64,000 nucleotides of DNA, from NCBI GenBank assembly GCA_016188385.1, contig JACPHV010000021.1:2649-66648 (forward strand), given 5' to 3'. The position numbers and the translations under genes are program-made. The stretch comes from Candidatus Uhrbacteria bacterium (GTDB taxonomy: Bacteria > Patescibacteriota > Patescibacteriia > JACQRZ01). How positions within the stretch are numbered: position 1 is the first letter of the stretch; every line of letters begins with the position of its first letter. Under the pieces are notes generated by a model that saw only the letters and a program-made list of their open reading frames with translations, made no database searches and had not been told where the DNA came from. Shown piece after piece: positions 49,428 to 59,886 of this stretch.

Positions 49428-49600
49428 TGAGACCGTAGCAAAATATCAGATGGTACGAGTCTTCCGGCTCCTTTCCGCCCAATTTCATCCCAAAAAGGCG
49501 CTGAACTTGTCGGAATACTCCAGTATTCCTTCGCGTTCATCATCCTTTTTGGAACGAAATTGAATCGGAAATGACCTGGAAGCTATTTTTCTACAGTCTC
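49428..49600 (-). repeat. MITE-like palindromic repeat, copy C (full, inverted relative to copy A)
   Basis: The reverse complement aligns with 6805-6975 with about six substitutions. It fills the FtsH-PilB intergenic region. Confidence 0.7.
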
Positions 49601-49608
49601 AAGTTATT

Positions 49609-51477
49609 TCAAGTTTTTGGCTCATCGGATAGTTTTGTGTTCGCGTTCTGATGCTCGTCTTCTTTCTCTCCAAAAAGCTTGGCGAATTCATCATGTTCTA
49701 TCGTTTCTTTCTCTGTTAAGACAGCAACGATTTGCTCAAGAGTTTCCCGATGCTTTGTGATTATATCTTTTGCTTGGTTGAATGCGTTTTTGATAAGCCG
49801 CGCGATCTCGGCATCGATCTGTTCCGCGGTCTTTTCGCTGTAGTCGCGTTGTTCGGTGATTTCCCTGCCGAGGAAGATTAATTCGTCGCGTTCTCCGAAC
49901 GTACGCTGTCCAAGACTCTCACTCATACCGTACTGCATTATAAGATTGCGGGCAAGCTTTGTAGCTTTTTTCAAATCGCTGCTTGCGCCTGTGGTTACAT
50001 CGCCAAATACTATGTGCTCGGATACGTATCCCCCGAGCAGCACCGCCAATTCACTCAAAAATTCAGCGCGCGACTTAAAATGCTTGTCTTCGGTCGGAAG
50101 GTTCAATGTATACCCGGCTGCCTGACCGCGCGATATCACTGATACTTTTTGCACTGCCGGCGCTTCGGGAAGGATATGAGAGACCAGTGCGTGTCCGCCT
50201 TCATGGTATGCGGTGATCTTTTTTTCTTTTTCAGATATGATATGGCTTTTGCGCTCCGGACCAAGAATGACTTTTTCAATGCTGTTAAACAGATCAACCA
50301 TGGTTACTGTTTTCCTATTTTCCCGTGCCGCCATAATAGCGGCTTCATTCATAAGATTCGCGAGGTCGGCTCCGGAAAACCCTGGAGTGCGTTCAGCGAC
50401 TTTACGCAGAGACACTCCTTCGGCAAAAGGTTTTTTCTTGGCATGCACATTGAGGATCGCTTCGCGGTCATCAAGGCTTGGCAGGTCTATTACCACGCGC
50501 CGATCAAAACGTCCTGGACGCAACAACGCAGGATCGAGAATATCCGGACGATTGGTTGCCGCAAGCACGACTACATTTGCCGAGGGGTCAAATCCGTCTA
50601 ACTCAACAAGAATCTGATTCAAGGTCTGTTCTCGTTCGTCATGCGATCCGCCTAAGCCCGCGCCACGCTGGCGGCCTACGGCATCAATTTCATCAATAAA
50701 AATGATGCATGGCGCGCTTTTCTTCGCGCGTTGAAACGTATCGCGCACTCGGCTCGCGCCGACACCGACAAACATTTCAATGAACTCGGAACCGGATACA
50801 TGGAAAAACGGGACGTCAGCTTCGCCTGCGACGGCTTTTGCAAGGAGTGTCTTGCCGGTACCCGGCGCTCCGACAAGTAAAGTGCCCTTCGGTACGCGGG
50901 CGCCGAGATCAGTGAATTTTCCGGGATTTTTGAGAAATTCAATTACCTCCGCAAGTTCTTCCTTTGCTTCTTTAGCTCCCGCCACATCGGTAAATGTCAC
51001 TTTCTCCTTTGTGCCTTTTTCATATTGCCGCACACGGCTCGCACCAAACATCATGGCGCGATTACTCGCGCCTTGTACCTGGCGTATCATCAGCCAAATA
51101 AAAAACGCGACGATTAAAAACGGCAGCACAAGCGTCAATGCCGTACTAATCCAGAATAAAGCGCGGGCATCGGCCACCTCAATCGTTGTCTTTCGTAAAA
51201 TCTCGGGATCAACTCCGTAATTGCTCAACAGGGTACTCAACGATTCCGTCGGTTCCTTATAAATAACATGCTCGGTCTTGTCGGAAAGTGACACAGTGAT
51301 CGTATCTCCTTTTACCAGAATCTTTTCAGCTTTCTGTTCGGTGATATCGGAAACGAGCACTTCGATACCGACTTCCTTTTTCTGCGGAAGATTTTGCGCG
51401 GTATATAGGCTAAAAAACGCTCCTGCCGCAAAAAGTACGACAAAAAAAATAATGATATTTTTTACTAATGGATTCAT
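49609..51477 (-). CDS. ftsH: ATP-dependent zinc metalloprotease FtsH
   Basis: AAA+ Walker [19 protein letters not shown], an SRH region and the HEGGHA zinc motif are present, with two N-terminal TM helices. Confidence 0.95.
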   Translation of the reverse strand: MNPLVKNIIIFFVVLFAAGAFFSLYTAQNLPQKKEVGIEVLVSDITEQKAEKILVKGDTITVSLSDKTEHVIYKEPTESLSTLLSNYGVDPEILRKTTIEVADARALFWISTALTLVLPFLIVAFFIWLMIRQVQGASNRAMMFGASRVRQYEKGTKEKVTFTDVAGAKEAKEELAEVIEFLKNPGKFTDLGARVPKGTLLVGAPGTGKTLLAKAVAGEADVPFFHVSGSEFIEMFVGVGASRVRDTFQRAKKSAPCIIFIDEIDAVGRQRGAGLGGSHDEREQTLNQILVELDGFDPSANVVVLAATNRPDILDPALLRPGRFDRRVVIDLPSLDDREAILNVHAKKKPFAEGVSLRKVAERTPGFSGADLANLMNEAAIMAARENRKTVTMVDLFNSIEKVILGPERKSHIISEKEKKITAYHEGGHALVSHILPEAPAVQKVSVISRGQAAGYTLNLPTEDKHFKSRAEFLSELAVLLGGYVSEHIVFGDVTTGASSDLKKATKLARNLIMQYGMSESLGQRTFGERDELIFLGREITEQRDYSEKTAEQIDAEIARLIKNAFNQAKDIITKHRETLEQIVAVLTEKETIEHDEFAKLFGEKEDEHQNANTKLSDEPKT

Positions 51478-51541
51478 GTATTGATTATTTAATTACCAAT
51501 GCCTCTTCGAAACACTATGTTTGAGGGGCTATTACGTGCTT

Positions 51542-52819
51542 CTATGCCGATGGTTGATCTTGTTTTTCTGATCCTTCTTCCGGAGGAACTGCGGGAGTAT
51601 CTTGTGTGCTTGCTTCCGGAGCTGCACTATCAGGAGTATCGTCGACAGACCGTTGTTCTTGCGTTGACTGTGTTTTTTCGCGGAGCGCTTTGATACTCAA
51701 TCCAAGTCGGTGCTCTTTTGGCTCGATGGAAATAATGCGAAACTCCATATCTTCGCCTGCCTTCGCGATCTCATTAGGATCGATGTTCGGCTTGGTCGAA
51801 AGCTCGGATACATGAGCAAGGCCGTGAATTTCCGGATCGAGTTCTACGAACAATCCGAATGGATTCACTTTCAACACTTTTCCGATCACCGCCTGACCGA
51901 CGGTAAAGCGATTTTGCACTTCGTCCCAAGGATCTCTGATGAGTTTCTTCATTGAAAGAAAAATCTTGGATCGTTCAATCTTAATGATTTCCGCTTTAAT
52001 CTTTTGACCGGGACTTACTACATCGCGCGGATCATCGATGCGCTGCCATGCAAGCTCCGATATGTGGACCAAACCTTCCAGCGAATCTCCAAACTGGACG
52101 AATGCGCCGAAATCAGTGATCACGGTGACTGTGCCTTCGATAACATCGCCGACTTTATAGCTCGATATGATATCGCGCTGTTGTTCCTCCCATGCCTCCT
52201 TTTCAGAGACAATCAATTTATTCTCGCTTTCATTGACATCAATCACTTTCACATCAAACATTTCGTTGACGTATTGGCGAAGGCGCTCAAGAATTTTATT
52301 TTTATCCCCTCCTTGGATGCGCGGATAATGTTCAGGGCACAATTGCGATACCGGCATGAAACCGTTCACCTTGCCGCATGTCACCATAAGGCCGCCTTTG
52401 TTCGCATCAACGATGCGCGCTTGCACGATCTGGCCGGATTTCATCAACTCGATAAGATGGTCCCAAGCCTTTTTATGGCCTGCGGCGCGGAAAGAAAGCT
52501 CCAGGATCCCCTGTTCATTTTCCAGATCAAGTACGGTTGCCGCGACAGTGTCGCCTACCGAAAGTTCAGAGTACTCTCCGGATTCATCAATCAACTCAAA
52601 ACCACGGACAACACCTGTAGCGATACCGCCGATGTCCACAAGAACTTCATTTTTACTTGCGGACAAAATCGTGCCCTCTACCAAGTCTCCGCTCTTAGGT
52701 AATACCTGCGAATACTGATCAACCAGCTCTTTCATCTCATCTATTGGCTGGATCTCTGCTATTTGTGTTGTCATACTCTTATGAATAAAATTATGAATAA
52801 TCCTATAGTAATAGCTCAA
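51542..52819 (-). CDS. rpsA: 30S ribosomal protein S1
   Basis: At least four S1 OB-fold repeats (GxV.G.V....FGAFV.L.....GL.HISE...). Confidence 0.85.
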   Translation of the reverse strand: MSYYYRIIHNFIHKSMTTQIAEIQPIDEMKELVDQYSQVLPKSGDLVEGTILSASKNEVLVDIGGIATGVVRGFELIDESGEYSELSVGDTVAATVLDLENEQGILELSFRAAGHKKAWDHLIELMKSGQIVQARIVDANKGGLMVTCGKVNGFMPVSQLCPEHYPRIQGGDKNKILERLRQYVNEMFDVKVIDVNESENKLIVSEKEAWEEQQRDIISSYKVGDVIEGTVTVITDFGAFVQFGDSLEGLVHISELAWQRIDDPRDVVSPGQKIKAEIIKIERSKIFLSMKKLIRDPWDEVQNRFTVGQAVIGKVLKVNPFGLFVELDPEIHGLAHVSELSTKPNIDPNEIAKAGEDMEFRIISIEPKEHRLGLSIKALREKTQSTQEQRSVDDTPDSAAPEASTQDTPAVPPEEGSEKQDQPSA

Positions 52820-52822
52820 CGG

Positions 52823-54811
52823 CTATTTCACGATAAACATGGTAAGCAAAATTGCGACGATATTAACGATTTTAATCATGGGGTTAATTGCCGGCCCCGC
52901 TGTATCTTTATACGGGTCTCCGACCGTATCGCCTGTAACTGCCGCCTGATGCGCAAAAGAACCTTTACCGCCATAGTTTCCTTCTTCGATATATTTTTTT
53001 GCATTATCCCATGCGCCGCCGCCGGATGTCATAGAGATCGCGACGAATATGCCGGTGATAATACACCCGACAAGCATGCCGCCAAGCGCGGAAGCGCCAA
53101 GCAAGAACCACACGGCAATTGGTGCGGCGATCGGGATAAGCGAAGGAATAATCATCTCACGGATCGCAGCGCTCGTTACAATATCCACCGCTCTTGCGTA
53201 ATCCGGTTTTGCCGTTCCATCCATAATTCCCGTTATTTCTCGAAACTGCCTGCGCACTTCGTCAACGACCTTACCCCCTGTCTTACCGACAGCCTCCATA
53301 CAGAGCGCCGCGAAATAATAAGGAAGTAGGCCGCCGATAAACAACCCGACGAGCACATAGGGATCATTGATTAAAAAAGTTAAATCTTTGGGCAGCGCGT
53401 GCGTGTAATCAGCAAATAACACGAGCGCGGCTAAGCCGGCTGAACCAATAGCATACCCTTTCGTAACAGCTTTGGTGGTATTGCCAACCGCATCAAGCGG
53501 ATCGGTGACAGCTCGCACTTCCGCCGGAAGCTCTGCCATTTCCGCGATGCCGCCGGCATTATCAGTGATCGGACCGTACGAATCAATCGCAACAATAATT
53601 CCGGCCATGGAAAGCATCGCCATTGCGGCAACCGCAATGCCATACAAACCGGCGAGACTAAACGCGCCGAGGATCGCGCCGCTAATCACGATTACCGGCA
53701 AACCGGTTGATTTCATCGATACCGCAAGTCCGGTAATGATATTGGTCGCGTGGCCGGTCTGCGAACTTGCGGCTATACTGCGCACCGGATTAAATTTTGT
53801 CGAAGTATAATACTCCGTGATCAGGACGAAAAGCGCCGTTACGCCAAGACCGATCAAAGATGAAAAATAAAGCGAACGCGTGTCATATACTCCGTTGCCG
53901 GCCATCAGATATTCAGTCGCGAAATAAAATACAATAGCTGAAAGCGCGGCGCTTACAAATAATCCGCGATAGAGAGCTCCCATGATATTTTTTCCGCGGC
54001 CCAAACGAATGAAGAATCCGCCGATAACGGATGTAATAATGGAAAGGCCGCCGAGTACGAGCGGGAAAAGGGCCGCGTTATCAAATCCGGAGAATACATA
54101 TGCTCCCAACACCATGGTAGCAACGGCAGTGACTGCATACGTTTCAAATAGGTCTGCTGCCATACCGGCGCAATCGCCTACGTTATCGCCCACATTGTCG
54201 GCAATCACCGCTGGATTGCGCGGATCATCTTCCGGAATACCGGCTTCCACCTTACCAACGAGATCAGCGCCGACATCAGCCGCTTTCGTAAAAATGCCGC
54301 CGCCGATACGAGCGAATACGGAGATCAAGCTGCCGCCAAACCCTAACCCGATCAGATATAAGACGTTATTGGTAATCGCGTAAAAACCGGCGACACCAAG
54401 GAGCGCCAGACCGACAACAAGCAAACCTGTCACCATGCCTCCTCTGACAGCTACTGAAAGCGCGTGAGGTAATCCATGTTTAGCGGCCTCGGCAGTGCGC
54501 ACATTCGCCCTCACGGATACATACATACCGATATATCCTGCAAGCGCGGAAAATACGGCGCCAACAACAAAAGCCGCGCTTGTATACCAATTGATAAAAA
54601 ATCCAATCAATAAAGCAACAAGTATCGCGACAACCGAAATCGTACGGTATTGGCGATTGAGGTAAGCGCTCGCGCCTTCTTGGATCGATCCGGCGATTGC
54701 TTTCATTTTGTCCGAACCGACAGGCTCGCGTAGCACTCGACGTATCAAGACAAGACCGTAGACGATTGCCAACGTCGCTGCTCCAAGAGAAAAAAGAAGT
54801 GATTGAGACAT
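52823..54811 (-). CDS. hppA: Membrane-bound H+/Na+-translocating pyrophosphatase
   Basis: [19 protein letters not shown] and [19 protein letters not shown] signature motifs are present. ~16 TM helices. Confidence 0.9.
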   Translation of the reverse strand: MSQSLLFSLGAATLAIVYGLVLIRRVLREPVGSDKMKAIAGSIQEGASAYLNRQYRTISVVAILVALLIGFFINWYTSAAFVVGAVFSALAGYIGMYVSVRANVRTAEAAKHGLPHALSVAVRGGMVTGLLVVGLALLGVAGFYAITNNVLYLIGLGFGGSLISVFARIGGGIFTKAADVGADLVGKVEAGIPEDDPRNPAVIADNVGDNVGDCAGMAADLFETYAVTAVATMVLGAYVFSGFDNAALFPLVLGGLSIITSVIGGFFIRLGRGKNIMGALYRGLFVSAALSAIVFYFATEYLMAGNGVYDTRSLYFSSLIGLGVTALFVLITEYYTSTKFNPVRSIAASSQTGHATNIITGLAVSMKSTGLPVIVISGAILGAFSLAGLYGIAVAAMAMLSMAGIIVAIDSYGPITDNAGGIAEMAELPAEVRAVTDPLDAVGNTTKAVTKGYAIGSAGLAALVLFADYTHALPKDLTFLINDPYVLVGLFIGGLLPYYFAALCMEAVGKTGGKVVDEVRRQFREITGIMDGTAKPDYARAVDIVTSAAIREMIIPSLIPIAAPIAVWFLLGASALGGMLVGCIITGIFVAISMTSGGGAWDNAKKYIEEGNYGGKGSFAHQAAVTGDTVGDPYKDTAGPAINPMIKIVNIVAILLTMFIVK

Positions 54812-54846
54812 ACAGAAAATAGAATTGCGGAGAGCAAATTTATGGT

Positions 54847-56166
54847 TTAAGAATCTACTGATTTTTCTTTTTCGAATTCGCTCGATTCTTCCTGTTCTTC
54901 ATGCGTAGCCTCGCTGATTTCTTCCGCGGACGCGAATTCTTGTCCGTCCTCTTGCCGCTCTTCTGTCGGTTCGACAGTCTCGCCGGTTTCCACGTATTCA
55001 AGCGCCTGTTCTTCTTCCACAGGTTTGGTTTTTTGGCCACGCACTTCGATATTCCATCCGGTAAGCTGCGATGCGAGACGCACATTTTGACCCAACTTTC
55101 CAATGGCCAGAGAAAGCTGGTCTTCTCCCACAAGCACGCGGGCGAGCTTCGCTTTTTCATCAAGTTCAATTGATGTCACTTTCGCAGGCGAAAGGGCGTT
55201 TGCAATGTATTGTTTGGAATCTTCGTCAAAGAGTATGAGATCAACTTTTTCGCCGCCCAACTCCGCGACAATGGTTTGGATCCTTCCGCCGCGCTGGCCG
55301 ATGCATGATCCGATCGGATCAATCGCTTCTTGTGCGGAACATACCGCAACTTTGGAACGGCTCCCTGCCTCTCGGCTTACGCCTTTGATCTCGATTGAGC
55401 CGCTTGCGATCTCGGGAATCTCCGCTTCAAAAATCTTTTTCACCATACCGGGATGCGCGCGAGAGACGATCATTTCCGGACCTTTGATGCTTGACTGGAC
55501 GGAAACGACATAGACTTTCACGCGTTCACCGGGAACATATCGTTCGCGCGGGATCTGTTCAGAGATCGGCATGATGGCAGTCACTTTCCCAAAATCAACA
55601 AGTACGCGATGCTCTTCTCGTCGCTGTACGATGCCGATAACGATCGTATCCTCTTTGGATTTGAATTGACCGTAAATTAATGCTCGTTCCGCTTCGCGAT
55701 CTTTTTGGATCAATACCTGTTTTGCGGTTTGCGCCGCCATGCGTCCGAACGCGTCAAAATCAACAGGGGGAAGTTTGGTACGGACTTCATCGCCAAGCTG
55801 GACATCTTCTTGAGTCTTACGCGCTTCACTAATCATCACATCAGTCTTCGGATTAAAACGAGGCTTTCCTTCGACTTCGTCTTCTTCAGATGCTTCCGGA
55901 CCTACTTCCGGCAGTTCTTCGTCTTGCTCGGCTGCTTGCAGCTCTTCTTCGGTATAATCCGGTACTACCGTTTTTACGTCGAAGACGGTGAATGTGCCCT
56001 GCTTGAGGTCAAACTCTACTTTGATATTTTCATTCTTTTTTCCGAAATCTTTTCGGTAGGCAGCAGCAAGCGCCGCTTCGAGCCCTTCTACGACCTGCTC
56101 TTGCGGAATGCCCTTTTCATCACTGATTAGTTTGATCGCTGATGCGATTGGATTGTTCATATACAA
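54847..56166 (-). CDS. nusA: Transcription termination/antitermination factor NusA
   Basis: An N-terminal domain, an S1 domain and two KH domains ([12 protein letters not shown]) are present, with an acidic C-terminal tail. Confidence 0.9.
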   Translation of the reverse strand: MYMNNPIASAIKLISDEKGIPQEQVVEGLEAALAAAYRKDFGKKNENIKVEFDLKQGTFTVFDVKTVVPDYTEEELQAAEQDEELPEVGPEASEEDEVEGKPRFNPKTDVMISEARKTQEDVQLGDEVRTKLPPVDFDAFGRMAAQTAKQVLIQKDREAERALIYGQFKSKEDTIVIGIVQRREEHRVLVDFGKVTAIMPISEQIPRERYVPGERVKVYVVSVQSSIKGPEMIVSRAHPGMVKKIFEAEIPEIASGSIEIKGVSREAGSRSKVAVCSAQEAIDPIGSCIGQRGGRIQTIVAELGGEKVDLILFDEDSKQYIANALSPAKVTSIELDEKAKLARVLVGEDQLSLAIGKLGQNVRLASQLTGWNIEVRGQKTKPVEEEQALEYVETGETVEPTEERQEDGQEFASAEEISEATHEEQEESSEFEKEKSVDS

Positions 56167-56275
56167 GCAATTAGCTCTAGAAACGAAAATGGATAGTGTA
56201 CTATTTCAGTAACTATCCTTATATGGACGTACTATATAATAAAGGAAAGGAGACTGTCAAGAGATGGGGACGGAT

Positions 56276-56306
56276 AAAAAAATCCCGCTGGCAATGGCCT
56301 GACGGG
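56276..56306 (-). terminator. Candidate terminator downstream of the secreted-protein gene (minus orientation)
   Basis: In minus orientation there is an imperfect GC-rich stem CCCGTCAGGC...GCCAGCGGG followed by T7. Confidence 0.35.
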
Positions 56307-56343
56307 AAAAATCGCGGGAAATACCCGGACTGTAAAGTTCGTG

Positions 56344-57075
56344 CTACCGCAAACGCGGGGCGACTTCTTCGAGCTGACGCGCTTCGGCCTCCGAAAGACC
56401 GAGCTTGGCCGGCTCGATTGCCTCTTCCGTTAAGTAATACCATAGCACGCCCGCGGCATCGCACCAGCCACCCTTGGCTTCATCGCGCCATCGCTTCTTG
56501 AGCGACGGAGCTATTGCGGCCGCATGCTGCTCGATTGCTTTACGGATCTCGCCTTTCGAGGCGATATTGGCATCCTTATTGTCGGGAATCTTTGCCTGTG
56601 CCAGATGATAGCGGAGCGTTTGGGCTATATCGCCATTGCTCCCAACCTGGATATGCTGCAAAAAAAATTCCGACTCGCTCATAATCTCCTTGTACTCACA
56701 CCGCGAAGGGAAATAAATCCCACTGCGGAGCCGCCGCGTAAGTTCAAGGGCCATTGCTCGCGCCGATTCAGCAAGAGTAACCTCGGTACGACTCTCACTG
56801 AACGGGTACCAATTAGTGTTAAGCTTCATGAGTACCACAACGTTTGCCTTCTGGTACCGATCCCACGTGTAGGCGCTTGTGGCGTAGATCCGATGGAGTT
56901 CGCAAACGCGATGCTCCCGCCCGAGTCGTTCCACATCGGCATCGCGGATCACTTTGATAAACTTGTCGGAAAGCACTTTCGCCTCCAGCGAGGCCCGACT
57001 TGGCTTTGCAGCCGCAAAACCTGGCGTGCCAATGACTGCCGCAACGGCGACAATTGCAGCCAAACGGATATCCAT
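56344..57075 (-). CDS. Secreted hypothetical protein (GC-rich gene)
   Basis: Signal peptide MDIRLAAIVAVAAVIGTPGFAAA. No family match. Confidence 0.4.
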   Translation of the reverse strand: MDIRLAAIVAVAAVIGTPGFAAAKPSRASLEAKVLSDKFIKVIRDADVERLGREHRVCELHRIYATSAYTWDRYQKANVVVLMKLNTNWYPFSESRTEVTLAESARAMALELTRRLRSGIYFPSRCEYKEIMSESEFFLQHIQVGSNGDIAQTLRYHLAQAKIPDNKDANIASKGEIRKAIEQHAAAIAPSLKKRWRDEAKGGWCDAAGVLWYYLTEEAIEPAKLGLSEAEARQLEEVAPRLR

Positions 57076-57176
57076 TTCTCCTCCTCATAGAATCAAGGTC
57101 CAATACTTTTGAAAAAAACTGTATCATGCCTAACCGCTGGTTGTCAATATTAAAGAAGCCGCACCACAGGGTACGG

Positions 57177-58916
57177 CTATTCGAGAGGTGAAAAGCCATA
57201 AGCTCTCACCTTTGCTTGAACGGTTGAAAAGCCGCTGTGATACAGACGGGACGCCCACGACTCGCTGTATCCGAGAAACTTCCCGATCTCGGAAAATGAT
57301 TTCCCTGCGATCAGACGAAGTTCAACCGCCGACCTTTGGTCGTACGGCAGCCCTTCAAGCAAAGCCTGAATCAATGCTTCAAGCTTTGCATTCCTCGCGT
57401 TTTTCTCCTGCCGATACTCATCTTCAAGCAGGAGTTGCTCGGGCGTGGCTGCCGGGCTTACAAGCATGTCAAGAAGCGACGTATCGCCGTCATCAGACAG
57501 CGGTGCGTCAAGTTCGACAGTGCCCCAGATGAGCAACTGCAACTTGTCCAGCCGCTTCTGTTCGTCCGGAGTGAGACCGACTTTTTTACTCTTCCGGCGC
57601 AATCCTTCCGCCGCTCTTAGTTCGCTTGCCTTATCTGTTTCAGCCCTGAAACCATCGAGAATCGCTCCCTTAATGTAGTACGCGGCAAACGTATTGAAAT
57701 TAGCGGCGTGTTCTTTTTCCGGATCGTACTTCTCTGCTGCCTGCAAGAGCCCGATGATACCGAGACTGACAAGGTCTTCGAACTCTGCTAAACGGCTGAC
57801 CGTTCGCAAACAGATGTTCGCCACTGATCTCACGGTTGTGAGATGCGCCTCGACGAGCTTGCGTCGAAGCAGAGGATTCGCGCGATCAGCACAGAATGCA
57901 GACACGATCTCGCTCTTTTCTTGCGACGAATACTTTCGGAATTTGAGAACACCGGGGATATGACCAGCGGCAACCTCATCCTCATTGAGACTACCGTTTT
58001 GGTCGATCCCACCCTCGATGGGTTTGTATTGTCGAGAAGGTCTCCGGACCTTCTTACGGAGGAGCTTCAAGAGATGGTGCTCGCTACGTCGTGGCGTGTC
58101 TGACTCTCGGCGCTTATGACAGGCAACGACTTCTGCCTGTGCTGCTTGTGCAATCACGCCAAGACTGATATCGCGCATGCGGTGTTTTGCCTGCATTTTA
58201 CGTTGGGTAATCGTGATCTTCGCGTATCCGAGCTCCTGCGCAATTTGTTCGTCAGTCTTGCCCGCGAAGTATAGGCGCAGAACGTCCAACTCACGAGTCG
58301 GGATGCGTCCGACCTGCTCGTCAGACAAATCCGCAAAGATCGTTGCAAGAATCCGTCGATGTTCTCTATACGAATTCGTTGCGTCATGCGTATGCCACCG
58401 TTGTATCGGCGTTTGTTGCACCGCGTCCACATCGACCGGCAGCATATCTCCAGTCGATCTTTCGGCGATCTTGTCCGCGCTGGCAGAAACAGAGCGTGCT
58501 CCAGCCGGATGAGCTTTCGTAATGATTATACGATGCCAATCATTCCGTGGAGCCTCGAGGATGTCGCGCAGCCGTTTGAGCGCTCGCGTCTTGTATTGGG
58601 GTACTTCATTCTCCCGAATAATCAAGATCGAAGCGATCTGCCGCGGACTCATTCCTCGAGGATAATACAAATCGAGGATCTCTCGATCGACTTTTGCGAG
58701 CTGGCCAACCTCGTCAGACGTGACGAGGTTGAGAATCCGACAAATCGCATACTTGCGATATTGCCGTTCCCTGTGGTCGTCATATCTCCGGAACCACATC
58801 CGGATTTCTTCTAACCGTTCTTGTGTTTCAAAGAACATCTCGTCACCTCCTTTCATCCTCATTTGAACGATAGTAAAGAAATGATACTTCAACGAGAATT
58901 TTTGTAAATGATACAT
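57177..58916 (-). CDS. Sigma-70 family protein with two additional N-terminal region-4-like HTH modules
   Basis: The C-terminal ~250 aa carry region 2 (GLLQAAEKYDPEKEHAANFNTFAAYYIKGAILDGFR) and region 4 (DQRSAVELRLIAGKSFSEIGKFLGYSESWASRLYHSG). The N-terminal half has two more r4-like HTHs (REILDLYYPRGMSPRQIASIL...ALKRLRD; RELDVLRLYFAGKTDEQIAQELGYAKITITQRKMQAKHRMRD). Confidence 0.55.
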   Translation of the reverse strand: MYHLQKFSLKYHFFTIVQMRMKGGDEMFFETQERLEEIRMWFRRYDDHRERQYRKYAICRILNLVTSDEVGQLAKVDREILDLYYPRGMSPRQIASILIIRENEVPQYKTRALKRLRDILEAPRNDWHRIIITKAHPAGARSVSASADKIAERSTGDMLPVDVDAVQQTPIQRWHTHDATNSYREHRRILATIFADLSDEQVGRIPTRELDVLRLYFAGKTDEQIAQELGYAKITITQRKMQAKHRMRDISLGVIAQAAQAEVVACHKRRESDTPRRSEHHLLKLLRKKVRRPSRQYKPIEGGIDQNGSLNEDEVAAGHIPGVLKFRKYSSQEKSEIVSAFCADRANPLLRRKLVEAHLTTVRSVANICLRTVSRLAEFEDLVSLGIIGLLQAAEKYDPEKEHAANFNTFAAYYIKGAILDGFRAETDKASELRAAEGLRRKSKKVGLTPDEQKRLDKLQLLIWGTVELDAPLSDDGDTSLLDMLVSPAATPEQLLLEDEYRQEKNARNAKLEALIQALLEGLPYDQRSAVELRLIAGKSFSEIGKFLGYSESWASRLYHSGFSTVQAKVRAYGFSPLE

Positions 58917-58994
58917 AAAAAAACTGGCTCACCATATGGATGTTGCCAGCAAAGTTTTTCGGAGAGAATACGATTCTATTCTTGCGATTCTGAA

Positions 58995-59615
58995 TTACAG
59001 ATATGTGCGTAGGAAGGAAACGTTATCCGGTGAAAAACCGAATCGTTCCGTCGCATTATCTCCAAGCGCAAATGTTACGATGCCGTTCGCGCCAATGACG
59101 CGACGTCCAATAACAAACCTGCCGTGACGAACAAAATCGCTCATCGTCCCTTCCCATCGCCTGGCGCAATCATTGGAATGCACGATGCTCCCGATGTCTG
59201 TCACGATACCGACATGATCGATGATTGTGCCCATGAAGTGCTGTAGACGCGCGTCATGGATGTATACCAGATCTCCCGTGTCGATGCTTTCAATATCAAT
59301 TGCCATGCCGCAACGGCTTTCTGCCATTACATTTTGACCTATCCGTATCCTCGCCTTCTTGTACAGCAGGGATGCAAACACAAAGCACTCACATGTGTGG
59401 ACGATCCGCGGGGGCGCATCATATGGTTCTCCTCCGATCAGCGAATGGTCTGCGCGCATACTTTTAAAGATCGCTTTCCAGTCTATCGCGGCACGGTGAA
59501 TACCAATCGCAGCCAACCGTGCTTCCTCCTGTGCGGTGATCATTCCATCCGGCATGATCAAGCCGTTCCATTCATCTCGCATCTTTTCTCCTTTCGCGAT
59601 TTTCGACAATAACAA
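58995..59615 (-). CDS. NlpC/P60-like cysteine peptidase (putative cell-wall hydrolase)
   Basis: The order Cys (HTCECFVF) ... GDLVYIHD ... HVGIV...SIVHS is consistent with an NlpC/P60 Cys-His-His arrangement. The assignment is weak. The displayed text disagrees with the track by one base near 59580, and the track coordinates are used. Confidence 0.4.
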   Translation of the reverse strand: MLLSKIAKGEKMRDEWNGLIMPDGMITAQEEARLAAIGIHRAAIDWKAIFKSMRADHSLIGGEPYDAPPRIVHTCECFVFASLLYKKARIRIGQNVMAESRCGMAIDIESIDTGDLVYIHDARLQHFMGTIIDHVGIVTDIGSIVHSNDCARRWEGTMSDFVRHGRFVIGRRVIGANGIVTFALGDNATERFGFSPDNVSFLRTYL

Positions 59616-59886
59616 AAATCTGCCCCCAAGGGCAGATCGTGGATGGTGAGCGTTCGCTGCAACTCAACTCAAAATCTCCCCTTGGACAAAAAGAGGGATG
59701 ATGAAAATGAGTTGTCGGAATAGATGGATTTCATGGAAGTATCGTATCCCATCTAAGGTTCTCTGTCAACACGCTCATACTCCCGCGCGCAAGTATGGAT
59801 GTCAGCTGCATCCCCGCGACAATAGTGCTGGCTACGATGAAGTTCGATCGATTCGCTCGTAATGCGAAACTCCATACGGTCAAGGC

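Noticed and set aside
51478-51541. Possible terminator between the rpsA end and the ftsH start
   Set aside because: Only a weak AAACA-CTA-TGTTT stem with no adjacent T-run in the right orientation. Support is insufficient.
59560-59620. One-base discrepancy between the displayed sequence and the ORF track near 59580
   Set aside because: As displayed, the text reads ...ctcgccatctt..., whereas both overlapping track ORFs (plus-strand 59256-59612 and minus-strand 58995-59615) translate as if it were ...ctcgcatctt... Coordinates either side are consistent with the track, so this was treated as a display or transcription glitch rather than a biological frameshift. Feature coordinates there follow the track.
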